Source: Faecousia sp. (GTDB lineage: Bacteria; Bacillota; Clostridia; Oscillospirales; Oscillospiraceae). Taken from it: a stretch of DNA of 64,000 bases. Below, piece by piece: positions 18,852 to 32,542 of this stretch. Where the stretch lies: NCBI GenBank assembly GCA_045635065.1, contig JAZRBJ010000018.1:676-64675 (forward strand), read 5' to 3'. Under the pieces are notes generated by a model, which saw nothing but the letters and a program-made list of their open reading frames with translations, made no database searches and was not told the origin of the DNA. The position numbers and the translations under genes are program-made. Each line of letters opens with the position of its first letter. Position 1 is the first letter of the stretch.

Positions 18852-18876
18852 ATCATAACTCCTTTGATTCTATGTA

Positions 18877-19380
18877 TCAGTTTCTTTTCAGTCCATGGAT
18901 TTGTGAGGCTATGGACTCCTCTACACTGCGCATAAGCGCTTTGTCCTCTCCTTCATCCAGATGATCATATCCGAGAAGATGAAGCATGGAATGAATCGTC
19001 AGATAACCAACTTCTCTTTTAATGCTGTGTCCAAATTCTTTAGCCTGTGAAATGGCGCGCTCCAGGGATATAGCCATATCTCCCAAAGGACACCTGCCCG
19101 TCTCCGGATCCAGATATTCTTCCCAAATTTCCGGAAGCTGCTTGGGAACAAATTGAAACATGGGAAAGCTGAGTACATCTGTAGGCGCATCGATATCTCT
19201 GTTGGCCTTATTAATTGCATGAATCCCCTTGTCATTGGTGATCAGCACATTAATCTCGCAAGGCACATTGACACCTTCCTTATCCAATGTAGTTTCAATG
19301 CATTTTTTAATAACAGAAATCATTCCAGACCGGCGGAAGGTAAACACTTCAAATGAGATGTTAATTTTATATTTTGACAT
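18877..19380 (-). CDS. ybeY: rRNA maturation endoribonuclease YbeY
   Basis: PTDVLSFP and HSMLHLLGYDH. Confidence 0.96.
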   Translation of the reverse strand: MSKYKINISFEVFTFRRSGMISVIKKCIETTLDKEGVNVPCEINVLITNDKGIHAINKANRDIDAPTDVLSFPMFQFVPKQLPEIWEEYLDPETGRCPLGDMAISLERAISQAKEFGHSIKREVGYLTIHSMLHLLGYDHLDEGEDKALMRSVEESIASQIHGLKRN

Positions 19381-19381
19381 A

Positions 19382-20383
19382 TTATCGTTTCCTTTGATGC
19401 TTGTTAGAATCTTCCTTTGCTGCTTTGCGATTTGCCCGTTCATAAGCATTGATAATGTCCTGAACAAGGGCGTGACGCACAACATCAGCGGATGTCAATT
19501 TGCAAATCGCAATATCATCCACACCTTCCAGAACGCGAATGGCATCCTTCAGTCCGGATGTTTTATCGCTGGGAAGGTCGATCTGGGTGATATCACCGGT
19601 GATCACCACCTTAGAACCAAAGCCAAGACGGGTAAGGAACATTTTCATCTGCTCACAGGTTGTGTTCTGGGCCTCATCGAGAATAATAAAACTGTCATCC
19701 AGGGTTCTGCCGCGCATATATGCAAGAGGCGCAACTTCAATGGATCCCCTCTCCTGGTACTTTTGAAAGGTTTCTCCACCGAGCATATCATACAGAGCAT
19801 CATACAAAGGCCGTAAATAAGGGTCCACTTTGTTTTGCAGATCACCGGGCAAAAAGCCAAGTCTTTCACCGGCTTCCACCGCAGGTCTTGTCAGCACAAT
19901 ACGGTTTACTGTACGCTCACGGAATGCCGCAACAGCAGCCGCAACTGCCAAATAGGTTTTTCCCGTACCTGCGGGACCAACACCAATGGTAACCGTATTC
20001 TTGGCAATGGCCTTCATGTATTTTTGCTGACCGACGGTTTTCGCTTTAATGGGCTTACCCTTAGCCGTTATGCAAACCACATCCTTAGCCATTTCAGCAA
20101 CCTGGGAATCATTTCCCTCCCGCACAAGAGTAATCAAATAACGAACTCTCTGTTCGTCAATTACTTCACCCTTGGACGCAAGGGACAGTAAGCCTTCCAG
20201 TGTACGGGCAGCTTTATCGACAGCTTCCTCATCACCGGTAATCTTCAGATCGGTTCCCCGGTTGACAATGGAAACCTGAAGACTTTCTTCAATTCTTCGA
20301 ATATTTTCATCAAAAGACCCAAATACAACGATCAGATCCTCAACCCGATCTGCATTCACTATGCGTTCAATGATTTTTCCCAT
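19382..20383 (-). CDS. phoH: PhoH-family ATPase
   Basis: GPAGTGKT, RPAVEAGERLGFLPGD and DEAQN. Confidence 0.95.
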   Translation of the reverse strand: MGKIIERIVNADRVEDLIVVFGSFDENIRRIEESLQVSIVNRGTDLKITGDEEAVDKAARTLEGLLSLASKGEVIDEQRVRYLITLVREGNDSQVAEMAKDVVCITAKGKPIKAKTVGQQKYMKAIAKNTVTIGVGPAGTGKTYLAVAAAVAAFRERTVNRIVLTRPAVEAGERLGFLPGDLQNKVDPYLRPLYDALYDMLGGETFQKYQERGSIEVAPLAYMRGRTLDDSFIILDEAQNTTCEQMKMFLTRLGFGSKVVITGDITQIDLPSDKTSGLKDAIRVLEGVDDIAICKLTSADVVRHALVQDIINAYERANRKAAKEDSNKHQRKR

Positions 20384-21557
20384 CTATAATCTCCTCTTTT
20401 TGCATTCTTCCAATCATCTCATGGCAAGAATACTGCCCATTGAATACCAGAATTTCATTTATGACATCCCAATTTTCCACCTTGGAAATAACCGTGCCGG
20501 AAAGCATTTGTTGTTTCAAATACGTTTGGGCGAAGGAAGACAGATCAAGGGGAAAATCCTGGGATACTGTTTGAATTTCATTTTCATTATACCCTGTCCA
20601 ATGTTCAATAGCAAGTGAAACCGGAAGCATAAATCCTCCGGGAAGACGCAAAGTATATTCTTTATATATTTTAACACACTCCTGGGGTGAAATTCTACTG
20701 TTTCCCCATAATTTAATTCTAATTTTTCCAAATATAATTGAAAAACTTTGTTCTGAATCCTTATTCTCTGTTTTATCCGTATAATCCAAAGGTACAACCA
20801 TAGAAAGATTTCGCAAAGTATTGGCATAAATCTCACCCTCAGCTTTTGTCGCCTGAATTACAAGTCCGCAGTCTGTGTACCCTGAAATCAACATTTCTCC
20901 TTTCTTGACCGCCTGGCCTTTCTGACACAGTAGATTTCCTTTTGTTGCTGTGCAGGACTGCACAACACCATCTACACCTGCAACGATACTGTAAATTCCG
21001 TCAGGAACTGTTTTTTGGTTATAATCCGTTTTTTCTGAAACAGAAATAACAGCTCTGCTGCCGTAGGTATTGATCCCCGCCCATTGCAGCTGCGGCATAG
21101 CTTCAAGCAGCTTGTTTTTCATTTGCTCGCTTCTGATCTCGCTGCGGGAGGAAAAGAATTGAATACCGCAGGTCTGTGCATTTTCCAGAATACTCTTGGC
21201 AGGAATATGTTGGTTTCCAACCACCTCGATAAAGAGAATTCTGGTGGGTAGAAATGCGCTTAATCCCAATGTCAAGCCAATTCCCAGCATAAGTGCCGTT
21301 CTGGACACACCTTTTTTCACCAACCAATAGAAGCCGTTTCTATTCTTCAGATTAACGGCATCTCCTCTTCGTTCACAAATCTTTTTTACGCTTTTAAAGT
21401 CTTTTCGGTATACTTGAAATAAAATACCCAACGGTCCGGTCTGTTTCACATTGAAAACAGGAACAGCATTTCGATTCAACAAAGTAATTAACGATGCTGT
21501 GTCGGCAGAAATAACTTCAATCGTAACCGTTCCAAGTATTGTTAACATTGCATGCAT
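20367..21557 (-). CDS. yqfD: Sporulation protein YqfD/SpoIV
   Basis: TM segment, GQAVKKGEMLISG motif, yqfC-yqfD-phoH synteny; start uncertain. Confidence 0.85.
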   Translation of the reverse strand: MHAMLTILGTVTIEVISADTASLITLLNRNAVPVFNVKQTGPLGILFQVYRKDFKSVKKICERRGDAVNLKNRNGFYWLVKKGVSRTALMLGIGLTLGLSAFLPTRILFIEVVGNQHIPAKSILENAQTCGIQFFSSRSEIRSEQMKNKLLEAMPQLQWAGINTYGSRAVISVSEKTDYNQKTVPDGIYSIVAGVDGVVQSCTATKGNLLCQKGQAVKKGEMLISGYTDCGLVIQATKAEGEIYANTLRNLSMVVPLDYTDKTENKDSEQSFSIIFGKIRIKLWGNSRISPQECVKIYKEYTLRLPGGFMLPVSLAIEHWTGYNENEIQTVSQDFPLDLSSFAQTYLKQQMLSGTVISKVENWDVINEILVFNGQYSCHEMIGRMQKEEIIDGKNH

Positions 21558-21558
21558 A

Positions 21559-21834
21559 TCAATCACCACGATGTAAATCTAAGGCTTCAATCATTCCTGT
21601 AATCACCAATTGCTGCGCTGTCATTTTTGAAATACCAAGATTTCTGCCCATAATATTTAATAGGCCGTATTTCATTTTCACCACAATCTTCTCATAACTG
21701 TACTCACAAATACATAAATGATTTTCAATTAACACTCTGGAATCACCTGCAATCTCCACAACAGGCAGTCCCGGGAAAGCCTCAAGATTTGCATTGACAA
21801 CTTTTTCCTGTAACAGCTTGCTAGGATGTTTCAT
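21559..21834 (-). CDS. yqfC: YabP/YqfC-family sporulation protein
   Basis: PVVEIAG..RVLIENH...EY and I.GRNL.I motifs; directly upstream of yqfD. Confidence 0.85.
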   Translation of the reverse strand: MKHPSKLLQEKVVNANLEAFPGLPVVEIAGDSRVLIENHLCICEYSYEKIVVKMKYGLLNIMGRNLGISKMTAQQLVITGMIEALDLHRGD

Positions 21835-21917
21835 GCTGCCACCTCCTTTTCATAAGCCTATGAAAATATGTGGTATGAAATCCCAGACAAGCATATTATT
21901 TACAGAGGTGATAGGAT

Positions 21918-22931
21918 TTGAGGCGAAATCAAAATGGTATAAAGCTAATTTTTACATGCATTTCCATGCTTGCCATGATCTTTGACAGCAAAACTGCCTT
22001 TATAGGCGCATCTCAGGGCGTAAATATTTGCATTTATACTGTTGTTCCCTCCCTACTGCCCTTTTTTGTATTTTCTGTGTACATGACTTCAGAATTAGCA
22101 GGAAAAAGGCTGCGAATTTTGCAGCCAATTGCTGCAATATGTGGGATTCCGGCAGGTGGCGAAGCGCTGCTGATTATGGGCTTATTGGGTGGTTACCCCA
22201 TTGGCGCCAAATGCGTGGCGAATTCTTATGAACAAGGTAAAATATCCAGGGAAACTGCAGAAAGATTATTAGGATTTTGCAGCAATGCAGGCCCTCCGTT
22301 TATTTTTGGAATGATGGCAGCATTGTTTTCAAATCTAGCCGCACCATGGTTGCTTTGGATGATACATATATCTACTGCAATTTTTACAGGTTATCTTTTA
22401 CCGGGAAAGCAGAAGCTTCAAATTTCCAATACAGCCAACGAACAAATTACCTTTTCAAAAGCGCTGCTTCAGTCCTTGAAAGCCCTTGCCAATGTTTGTT
22501 GTTGGGTGATCCTGTTCCGTATGCTGATCAGTTTTATTACAACATGGTTTTTGTGGCTTTTTCCATTGGAAATTCAAGTAATGATTTCCGGAATTCTTGA
22601 GTTGGTTAACGGATGTCAGATGCTGCGGTTTATCTCATCAGAAGCAGTTAGATTTATCTTTTCCTCCTGTTTCCTTTCCTTTGGTGGTATATGTGTGTTT
22701 CTGCAAACCGTTTCCGTTACCGGAAAATTGGGAACGGGTATGTATTTGAAAGGAAAATTAATACAGACCTATTTCAGTTTTGTTCTGTCGGTTCTGTGCA
22801 GCCTGATTCTGTACAGAAATGCGACCATAACAAGTATTCCTGGAATTATCATATTGATTATCGGAGGAATTATATCGTTTTTCCTACTATTTTTTACTTT
22901 TCATAAAAAAACAGTAGCTTTTTCCGGATAA
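21918..22931 (+). CDS. ylbJ: Sporulation integral membrane protein, YlbJ-like
   Basis: VVPSLLPFF, GLLGGYPIGA, FCSNAGPPFI, GILELVNG and FGGICVFLQ. Confidence 0.85.
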   Translation: MRRNQNGIKLIFTCISMLAMIFDSKTAFIGASQGVNICIYTVVPSLLPFFVFSVYMTSELAGKRLRILQPIAAICGIPAGGEALLIMGLLGGYPIGAKCVANSYEQGKISRETAERLLGFCSNAGPPFIFGMMAALFSNLAAPWLLWMIHISTAIFTGYLLPGKQKLQISNTANEQITFSKALLQSLKALANVCCWVILFRMLISFITTWFLWLFPLEIQVMISGILELVNGCQMLRFISSEAVRFIFSSCFLSFGGICVFLQTVSVTGKLGTGMYLKGKLIQTYFSFVLSVLCSLILYRNATITSIPGIIILIIGGIISFFLLFFTFHKKTVAFSG

Positions 22932-22969
22932 CTGGGTTATAATAGGGAAAAAATTTGGGAGGTATCCCT

Positions 22970-23179
22970 ATGTTATTCCGCAAAAAAATTCAGCGTAGCT
23001 GCGCATATTGCTTACATGGAACCAGCATTGATGCGGAGCAGGTTTTGTGCATCAAAAAGGGCATGGTGCCTGTTTGCGGGAAATGCAGAAAATTTACATA
23101 CGATCCCTGCAGAAGAGTGCCGGTAAAACAGAAAGCCCTTGACTTTTCAAAATATAAGGAAGAAGATTTTACCCTGTAA
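22970..23179 (+). CDS. Small Cys-rich protein of unknown function (69 aa)
   Basis: GGAGG RBS; CAYC...C...C..CRKFTYDP; upstream TATAAT. Confidence 0.75.
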   Translation: MLFRKKIQRSCAYCLHGTSIDAEQVLCIKKGMVPVCGKCRKFTYDPCRRVPVKQKALDFSKYKEEDFTL

Positions 23180-23182
23180 TTT

Positions 23183-23218
23183 AACGGGCGTGTTGCAAAT
23201 AAGCAGCACGCCCGTTTT
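23183..23218. terminator. Terminator between convergent genes
   Basis: AACGGGCGTGTTGC...GCAGCACGCCCGTTTT. Confidence 0.8.
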
Positions 23219-23219
23219 C

Positions 23220-25818
<2,599 letters not shown>

Positions 25819-25857
25819 ACAAATCCCCCCGAAAGAGGATATGCGTGAAAACATGAT

Positions 25858-28239
25858 TTATGAAAGTTTTCTCATATGGGGCGCTGCAGTTTTCGCCATA
25901 AGGCGCTTGGTGCCAATGTCATCAAACGCAATTTCCAACAAGGCATCTCCGCCCATTTTCATAACGGAAAGAACCATGCCCTTTCCAAAGGCAGTATGCT
26001 GCACCATATCTCCCCTGTTGAAGTCAGGCACAGAAGCCTTGTTTTGATTGATCGGACAGGAATAGGAAGTGTTTTGCCTGGGCGCCGTTCTTACGATCTG
26101 TTCATAGGATCGCAATGTCGTCTGAGACGTATGGTATCCACCCTGACGAACAAGATAATCATCCGGAATCTCTTTTAAAAAACGGGAGGGCAAAGAAGCA
26201 TTGGTGCGACCGTAGATCATTCTCTGTTTGGCATAGGTAATGGTAAGCATCCTTTTTGCACGGGTAATGGCAACATAGCAAAGACGACGCTCTTCTTCCA
26301 TTTCCTCATGGTCGCCAATCGCTCGCACGCCGGGGAACAGACCGTCTTCAAAGCCTACAACAAAAACATGTGGGAATTCCAGACCTTTGGCAGCATGCAT
26401 TGTCATCATAACGACAGCATCGTCACCTTCATTATACTGCTCAATATCTGTATACAACGCAATTTCTTCCAGAAAACCTGCCAAAGAAGGAACCTCAGCA
26501 TTTTGAACATAAGCATGAATACTGGATTTTAATTCCTTAATATTCTCCAGCCGGGTTTGATTTTCTTCGGTTGGCTTGGATTCCAACATTTCCAAATAAC
26601 CCGTACGCAGCATGACCTCATCGTAAAATTCCGGCAAGGTCATTTCATCAAGCTTTTGCGCCAGATCTTCAATCAAAGCCGAAAACTGCTTCAGTTTACC
26701 GGCAGCCCGTTCCAGAGGATTGTAGGAACAAGGATCAGAAACAACGCTATAAAGGGGTTTCCCCTCTGCCAGGGCAAGTCTTTCAGCCGTTTCGACGGTT
26801 TTGGCACCGAGACCTCTGGGAGGATTATTAATAATCCGCTTCAGACGAAGATCGTCCGCCCGGTTGTTGATCACGCACAGATAAGAAAGCATATCCTTAA
26901 CTTCAGCACGGTCAAAAAATCGCATGCCGCCAATCACACGATAGGGAATGCCGCTTCTTTTGAGAGCATATTCCAAAGCATTGGACTGCGCATTGGTTCG
27001 GTACAGAATTGCATAATCCTTAAAATTCTTACCCCGGGAAGCGGATATGATCTTATTGGCCACATAGTTTGCCTCTGCGCCTTCATCCTGCGCTTCATAT
27101 ACACAAACAGGTTCACCCATGCCGTTCGCTGTCCAAAGCCGCTTGCCTTTTCTGCCAAGGTTGTGGGCAATCACGGAATTTGCCGCATTTAAAATAGCTT
27201 GGGTGGAACGGTAGTTTTGCTCAAGGCGGATAACCCGGGAACCTTGATACTGCTTTTCAAAATAAAGGATATTATCAATGGTTGCGCCGCGGAAGCGGTA
27301 GATACTCTGATCATCATCACCCACAACGCAAATATTTTCATAGCCGCCGGCAAGCAGGGATGTCAGCAAATACTGTGCATGGTTGGTATCCTGATATTCA
27401 TCCACCAATACATAGCGAAACTTTCGCTGATAGTAAGTACGAACATCCTCATGGGCTGTAAGCAGCTCCACGGTTTTGACGATAATATCATCAAAATCCA
27501 AGGCGTTATTTTCTTTCAGCCGTGTTTGATAAGTTTGATATGCCCGACCAACATAGCGTGCGCGGTAATCCCCTCTCAACTCAGCCTGCTCCAAAAATAC
27601 CTTTGGACTGACCATACGGTCTTTTTCCTTGCTGATTATATTTAAAACATAACGGGCCGGGAATGTCTTATCATCCAGACCCATGTCCTTCAAAATATCC
27701 TTCATCAGCCGTTCAGAATCAGATGAATCATATATAGTAAAGCGGGTGGTATACCCCAGAAATTCAATGTGCTTTCTGAGAATGCGGCAACAGGCAGAGT
27801 GAAAGGTCATTGCCCAAACATCCCGGGCCTGAGGGCCGAGCATTCGTTCCAGGCGGTCTTTTAATTCATTGGCCGCTTTATTCGTAAAGGTAATGGCAAT
27901 GATATTCCAGGGGGCCGCAGGCTCAACAGCGCAAAGAAAATCCGCTCTTGAACGATCCGGATCAGAAACCGGCTCAGACAACTGTTCCAAAAAAAGAATA
28001 TCCTCTTCCGTTACAAAATCGGGAACCAGACAGGATTCACTTCCGCACCCAAACCGAATCAGATTTGCAATGCGGTTGATCAGCACCGTGGTTTTACCGC
28101 TGCCTGCTCCGGCAAGCAGGAGTAAGGGGCCTTCAGTGGTCATAACAGCATTACGCTGCATATCATTCAGGTTATGAAATTGCGCTGCAATATATCGCTT
28201 GCGGGCTGTTACAAATCGGGAAATCATTTCATCATTCAT
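25858..28239 (-). CDS. pcrA: ATP-dependent DNA helicase PcrA/UvrD
   Basis: AGAGSGKT, TFTNKAA, DEYQD, GDDDQSIY, HAAKGLEF and C-terminal Tudor domain. Confidence 0.96.
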   Translation of the reverse strand: MNDEMISRFVTARKRYIAAQFHNLNDMQRNAVMTTEGPLLLLAGAGSGKTTVLINRIANLIRFGCGSESCLVPDFVTEEDILFLEQLSEPVSDPDRSRADFLCAVEPAAPWNIIAITFTNKAANELKDRLERMLGPQARDVWAMTFHSACCRILRKHIEFLGYTTRFTIYDSSDSERLMKDILKDMGLDDKTFPARYVLNIISKEKDRMVSPKVFLEQAELRGDYRARYVGRAYQTYQTRLKENNALDFDDIIVKTVELLTAHEDVRTYYQRKFRYVLVDEYQDTNHAQYLLTSLLAGGYENICVVGDDDQSIYRFRGATIDNILYFEKQYQGSRVIRLEQNYRSTQAILNAANSVIAHNLGRKGKRLWTANGMGEPVCVYEAQDEGAEANYVANKIISASRGKNFKDYAILYRTNAQSNALEYALKRSGIPYRVIGGMRFFDRAEVKDMLSYLCVINNRADDLRLKRIINNPPRGLGAKTVETAERLALAEGKPLYSVVSDPCSYNPLERAAGKLKQFSALIEDLAQKLDEMTLPEFYDEVMLRTGYLEMLESKPTEENQTRLENIKELKSSIHAYVQNAEVPSLAGFLEEIALYTDIEQYNEGDDAVVMMTMHAAKGLEFPHVFVVGFEDGLFPGVRAIGDHEEMEEERRLCYVAITRAKRMLTITYAKQRMIYGRTNASLPSRFLKEIPDDYLVRQGGYHTSQTTLRSYEQIVRTAPRQNTSYSCPINQNKASVPDFNRGDMVQHTAFGKGMVLSVMKMGGDALLEIAFDDIGTKRLMAKTAAPHMRKLS

Positions 28240-28304
28240 AAGGGCCTCTGTGTAAAATAGGATATTTTCATTTTACCTCATTTTCACCCAAAGGTAAAGT
28301 AAAA

Positions 28305-29009
28305 TTATTTCATAAATTCCCGCAAATTGGAAAGGGCTTTCTTTTCAATTCTGGACACCTGCACCTGACTGACACCGATCACCCTGGCAATGCGATCCTG
28401 GGTCAAACCGTGAAAATATCGCAGCTGAATCACCATTCTTTCCCTTTCCGAAAGTTGATAAACAGCTTGTTTTAAAGAGATTTTCTCCAGCATTTCCTCT
28501 TCTGTTTCTGAATCTGACAAAATGTTTTCCAGAGTAAAGCCATCTTCTCCCGTTTCCTTGTGAATGGATTCTGTTACAGCAGTGGCGGATTCCGCAATAG
28601 CTATATCTTCCGGTGTAATGCCCGTATGCAAGGAAAGCTCCTGGATTGTTGGCTCCCGACCAAGATCATTCACAAGGAGGCTTCTGGCAGTTTTAATTGC
28701 AGCAGAGCGTTCTTTAATACTTCTAGACACTTTGATAGTGCCGTCATCCCGCAAGAATCTGCGAATTTCCCCTGCTATTTTTGGAACAGCATAGGTGGAA
28801 AACTGTGTACCAAACCGGAAATCAAAGCCTTCCACAGCCTTAAGAAATCCAACGCATCCAAGCTGATATAAGTCATCCGCTTCTGTTCCTCTCCCTAAGA
28901 ACCGTTTTGCAACGGACCAAATAAGACCGGTGTTTTCCTCCACCAGAATTTCTGCCGCTTGCTGATTTCCCGACTGAACCTGCATAATAAGCTCTTCTGT
29001 TCTGCTCAT
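28305..29009 (-). CDS. sigF: Sporulation sigma factor F
   Basis: FSTYAVPKIAGEIRRFLRDDG and SQVQVSRIEK; downstream of spoIIAB. Confidence 0.93.
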   Translation of the reverse strand: MSRTEELIMQVQSGNQQAAEILVEENTGLIWSVAKRFLGRGTEADDLYQLGCVGFLKAVEGFDFRFGTQFSTYAVPKIAGEIRRFLRDDGTIKVSRSIKERSAAIKTARSLLVNDLGREPTIQELSLHTGITPEDIAIAESATAVTESIHKETGEDGFTLENILSDSETEEEMLEKISLKQAVYQLSERERMVIQLRYFHGLTQDRIARVIGVSQVQVSRIEKKALSNLREFMK

Positions 29010-29437
29010 TTTCTGCGTTGTAGTCTGCGACGCATATGTACCGTTGTTCCCTTTCCGGGCGCCGATGTAACGGTTAATGTGGACATAAAGTTTTCCATGA
29101 TCGTAAAGCCCATGCCGCTTCTTTCCGCACCACCGGTTGTGAACATAGGCCTTTTCGCCTGCTCTAGATCAGAGATACCAACGCCTTTGTCTTTAATTAC
29201 AATATCCAGCACATGATCCTTCAAAATTCTGCAGCGAAGGGTAATCATTCCCAATGCATCAGGATAGGCATGGACAATGCAGTTTGTTACCGCTTCCGAC
29301 ACAGCCGTACGAATGTCCCCCAGTTCTTCCAGAGTTGGGTCCATCTGCGCTGCGAAACAGGCAACTGCACTACGGGCAAATGCTTCATTACAGGATTTAC
29401 TTGGAAATTCCAGAATCATATAATTTTCGAACTTCAT
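29006..29437 (-). CDS. spoIIAB: Anti-sigma F kinase
   Basis: AVSEAVTNCIVHAY and ERSGMGFTIMENFM. Confidence 0.97.
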   Translation of the reverse strand: MKFENYMILEFPSKSCNEAFARSAVACFAAQMDPTLEELGDIRTAVSEAVTNCIVHAYPDALGMITLRCRILKDHVLDIVIKDKGVGISDLEQAKRPMFTTGGAERSGMGFTIMENFMSTLTVTSAPGKGTTVHMRRRLQRRK

Positions 29438-29751
29438 GAAACAGCCTCCTTAATTTCTACCAATTTGTCAACACCGGATGTACGAAACACTTTCATGGGT
29501 TGACTTCCCAACCCTACAAGCAACAATTTCCCCTCTATTTTCGTCATTGCCCGCAGAGTATTTATCACAACTGCGATTCCGGACGAATCCATAAAGGTTA
29601 CCTCACAAAAATCCAGGATACATACCTGCGGTGTGTATGCCTCAATTTTTGATTGAATCTCAGAAATTAATTTTTTTGCGCGGTGATGATCAATCTCTCC
29701 TGAAAGAAAAACTGTCAATTTACCGCATTCCAAATAGCTGGTTAATCGCAT
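29434..29751 (-). CDS. spoIIAA: Anti-anti-sigma F
   Basis: GEIDHH and FMDSSG STAS motifs. Confidence 0.95.
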   Translation of the reverse strand: MRLTSYLECGKLTVFLSGEIDHHRAKKLISEIQSKIEAYTPQVCILDFCEVTFMDSSGIAVVINTLRAMTKIEGKLLLVGLGSQPMKVFRTSGVDKLVEIKEAVS

Positions 29752-29828
29752 AATTACCTCCGGTTTTTATGTTATAAACTCAGTATAATCAAATCACTGA
29801 AATATTTTTGTCATATTATGACATGCAT

Positions 29829-29865
29829 AAAAATAACCCCGATGAAGAATGTCTTCATCGGGGTT
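29829..29865 (-). terminator. valS terminator
   Basis: AACCCCGATGAAGA-atg-TCTTCATCGGGGTT. Confidence 0.85.
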
Positions 29866-29876
29866 AAAATGTTGTA

Positions 29877-32522
29877 TTACAGTTTTTTCATTGCTTCCTT
29901 GCTTTGCTCAAGCTGTGTAATCAGATTTTTGGCTTTATCAGCCTTTTCCTTTTCCGCGTTGACCACAGCCTCCGGCGCTCTGGAAACAAAGTTTTCATTG
30001 GAAAGCTTAGCTTCCAGAGAAGCAAGATTTTTGCGGGCCTTCTCCAGTTCCTTATCGATGCGCTCCAATTCCTTGGCCACATCTACCAGCTGTCCAAGAG
30101 GGATATACAGTTTGGCATCAGAAGTAGTGCAGCAAACCATGCCGTCAATATTCTCAGGCTCCGCATCCAGAATGGTCACGCTGTCCGCATAGGCAAGGCG
30201 CTCAATGAAACCCTTACCCTCAGAAAACACCTGAGGCTTGGAGGTAAGCACAAACAAGGCGGCCTTCTTGGAGGGCGGTACATTCATATCCGCGCGACGG
30301 TTACGAATGGCACGAATTGCATTCATAACAGATTCCATCAGGTTTTCTTCTGCCTTAAATGCAAGATCATTGCTGTAGGCAGGCCACTTGGCCACAATCA
30401 ACGCTTCCTCACTGTGGGGAAGGCTCTGCCAGATTTCCTCCGTAATGAAAGGCATAAAGGGATGCAGCAAACGAAGCACTTGATCCAGAACATACACAAG
30501 CACTTGCAGGGCTGTTTGCTTCTGATCCGCATCCTCACTGTACAGCCTTGCCTTCGTCAATTCAATATACCAGTCACAGTAGGTATCCCAAACAAAGTCA
30601 TAAACCTTTTGAATGGCCACACCAAGCTCGTATTTCTCCAGATTGTCCGTAACCTCAGAAATCAATGTGTTCAGCTTGGAAAGCACCCACTTATCGGCGA
30701 TTGTCAGCTTGTCAAAACCGGGCAGCGCATTGACGGCGTCCTCACCCAGATTCATAAGAACATATCGGCTGGCATTCCAAAGCTTATTGGCAAAGTTACG
30801 CATTGCCTCGCAGCGCTCCACATAGAAACGCATATCGTTTCCGGGAGAGTTGCCGGTAACCATATTCATACGAAGGGCATCGCAGCCGTACTTTTCAATC
30901 ATTTCCAGAGGATCAATACCGTTACCAAGGCTCTTGGACATCTTTCTGCCCTTATCATCTCTGACCAGACCGTGAATCAGCACAGTGTGGAAGGGTGCTT
31001 TTTGCATATGCTCCAGGCCGGAAACGATCATTCTGGATACCCAGAAAGTGATAATATCGTAGCCGGTAACCAACACATCTGTGGGATAGTATTTGTTCAA
31101 ATCAGCAGTGTTTTCAGGCCAACCTAAAGTAGAGAAGGGCCAGAGAGCGGAGCTGAACCAGGTATCCAGCACATCGGGATCCCTTTGAATATTTGTGCTG
31201 CCACACTTCTCACAGCAATGCGCGTCCTCTCTGGTGCAGGTCATGTGACCGCACTCAGCGCAGTACCACACAGGAATCTGGTGACCCCACCACAGCTGAC
31301 GGGAAATGCACCAGTCATGGAGATTTTCCATCCAGTTCATGTAGTTCTTGGTAAAGCGCTCAGGTACAAACTTGGTTTCCCCATCCTTAACAGACCGAAT
31401 GGCTTCCTTTGCCAGAGGCTCCATTTTCACAAACCACTGGGCTGAAACAATGGGTTCTACATCATTGCCGCAACGGTAGCAAGTGCCGACATTATGCTGA
31501 TGATCCTCGGTTTTCTCCAGAAGGCCCAAGGCATCCAAGTCGGCAATGATGGCCTTACGGGCTTCATAACGATCCATGCCGCAATACTTGCCGCCCAATT
31601 CATTTACTTTACCGTTATCATCCAGAACACGGATGGTTTCCAGATTGTGACGCAGACCAACCTCAAAATCATTGGGATCGTGTGCAGGGGTCATCTTCAC
31701 ACAGCCTGTACCGAACTCCAGGTCCACATATTCATCGGCAACAATAGGAATCTCACGATCCATAAGGGGCAAAATACACTTCTTGCCGATAATATCTTTG
31801 TAGCGATCATCATTGGGGTTTACAGCCACACCGGAGTCGCCCAGCATGGTTTCCGGACGGGTTGTGGCAACAATAACATATCTGCCTTCCTCTCCGGCAA
31901 TGGGGTACTTCAGATGCCACAGATGGCCGGGCTTGTCCACATATTCAACCTCAGCATCGGAAAGGGCGGTAACGCAACAAGGACACCAGTTAACAATACG
32001 GCTTCCCTTATAAATCAAGCCCTTTTCATAAAGGGATACAAATACCTCACGAACGGCCTTGGAGCAGCCCTCATCCATAGTGAACCGGGCACGATTCCAA
32101 TCGCAGGAAGCTCCCAGCTTTTTCTGCTGTTCTACAATACGGTTGCCGTATTTGTGTTTCCAGTCCCAAACACGCTCCAGGAATTTTTCACGGCCTAAAT
32201 CATGACGGCTAAGGCCTTCCTTGGTACGAAGTTCCTCCTCCACCTTGATCTGAGTTGCAATACCGGCATGGTCCGTACCGGGAACCCAAAGGGCATCAAA
32301 GCCTTGCATGCGCTTAAAACGGATAAGCGTATCCTGCAAGGTAGCATCCATTGCATGACCCATATGCAACTGACCGGTAACATTGGGAGGAGGCATGACG
32401 ATGGTAAAGGGCTTGGCATCTGCATTTTTGCCTGCCTGAAAGTAGCCTCCCTTTTCCCACATTTCATAAATACGGTCCTCAACCTGTTGGGGTTCATAGA
32501 CCTTGGGCAATTCTCTGCTCAT
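29877..32522 (-). CDS. valS: Valyl-tRNA synthetase
   Basis: [13 protein letters not shown] (HIGH), KMSKS and C-terminal coiled coil. Confidence 0.99.
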   Translation of the reverse strand: MSRELPKVYEPQQVEDRIYEMWEKGGYFQAGKNADAKPFTIVMPPPNVTGQLHMGHAMDATLQDTLIRFKRMQGFDALWVPGTDHAGIATQIKVEEELRTKEGLSRHDLGREKFLERVWDWKHKYGNRIVEQQKKLGASCDWNRARFTMDEGCSKAVREVFVSLYEKGLIYKGSRIVNWCPCCVTALSDAEVEYVDKPGHLWHLKYPIAGEEGRYVIVATTRPETMLGDSGVAVNPNDDRYKDIIGKKCILPLMDREIPIVADEYVDLEFGTGCVKMTPAHDPNDFEVGLRHNLETIRVLDDNGKVNELGGKYCGMDRYEARKAIIADLDALGLLEKTEDHQHNVGTCYRCGNDVEPIVSAQWFVKMEPLAKEAIRSVKDGETKFVPERFTKNYMNWMENLHDWCISRQLWWGHQIPVWYCAECGHMTCTREDAHCCEKCGSTNIQRDPDVLDTWFSSALWPFSTLGWPENTADLNKYYPTDVLVTGYDIITFWVSRMIVSGLEHMQKAPFHTVLIHGLVRDDKGRKMSKSLGNGIDPLEMIEKYGCDALRMNMVTGNSPGNDMRFYVERCEAMRNFANKLWNASRYVLMNLGEDAVNALPGFDKLTIADKWVLSKLNTLISEVTDNLEKYELGVAIQKVYDFVWDTYCDWYIELTKARLYSEDADQKQTALQVLVYVLDQVLRLLHPFMPFITEEIWQSLPHSEEALIVAKWPAYSNDLAFKAEENLMESVMNAIRAIRNRRADMNVPPSKKAALFVLTSKPQVFSEGKGFIERLAYADSVTILDAEPENIDGMVCCTTSDAKLYIPLGQLVDVAKELERIDKELEKARKNLASLEAKLSNENFVSRAPEAVVNAEKEKADKAKNLITQLEQSKEAMKKL

Positions 32523-32542
32523 ATACAACACTCCTTTAACGA

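Noticed and set aside
29904-32198. Long plus-strand ORFs (407 and 234 aa) antisense to valS
   Set aside because: Same shadow-frame effect; no domain signal.
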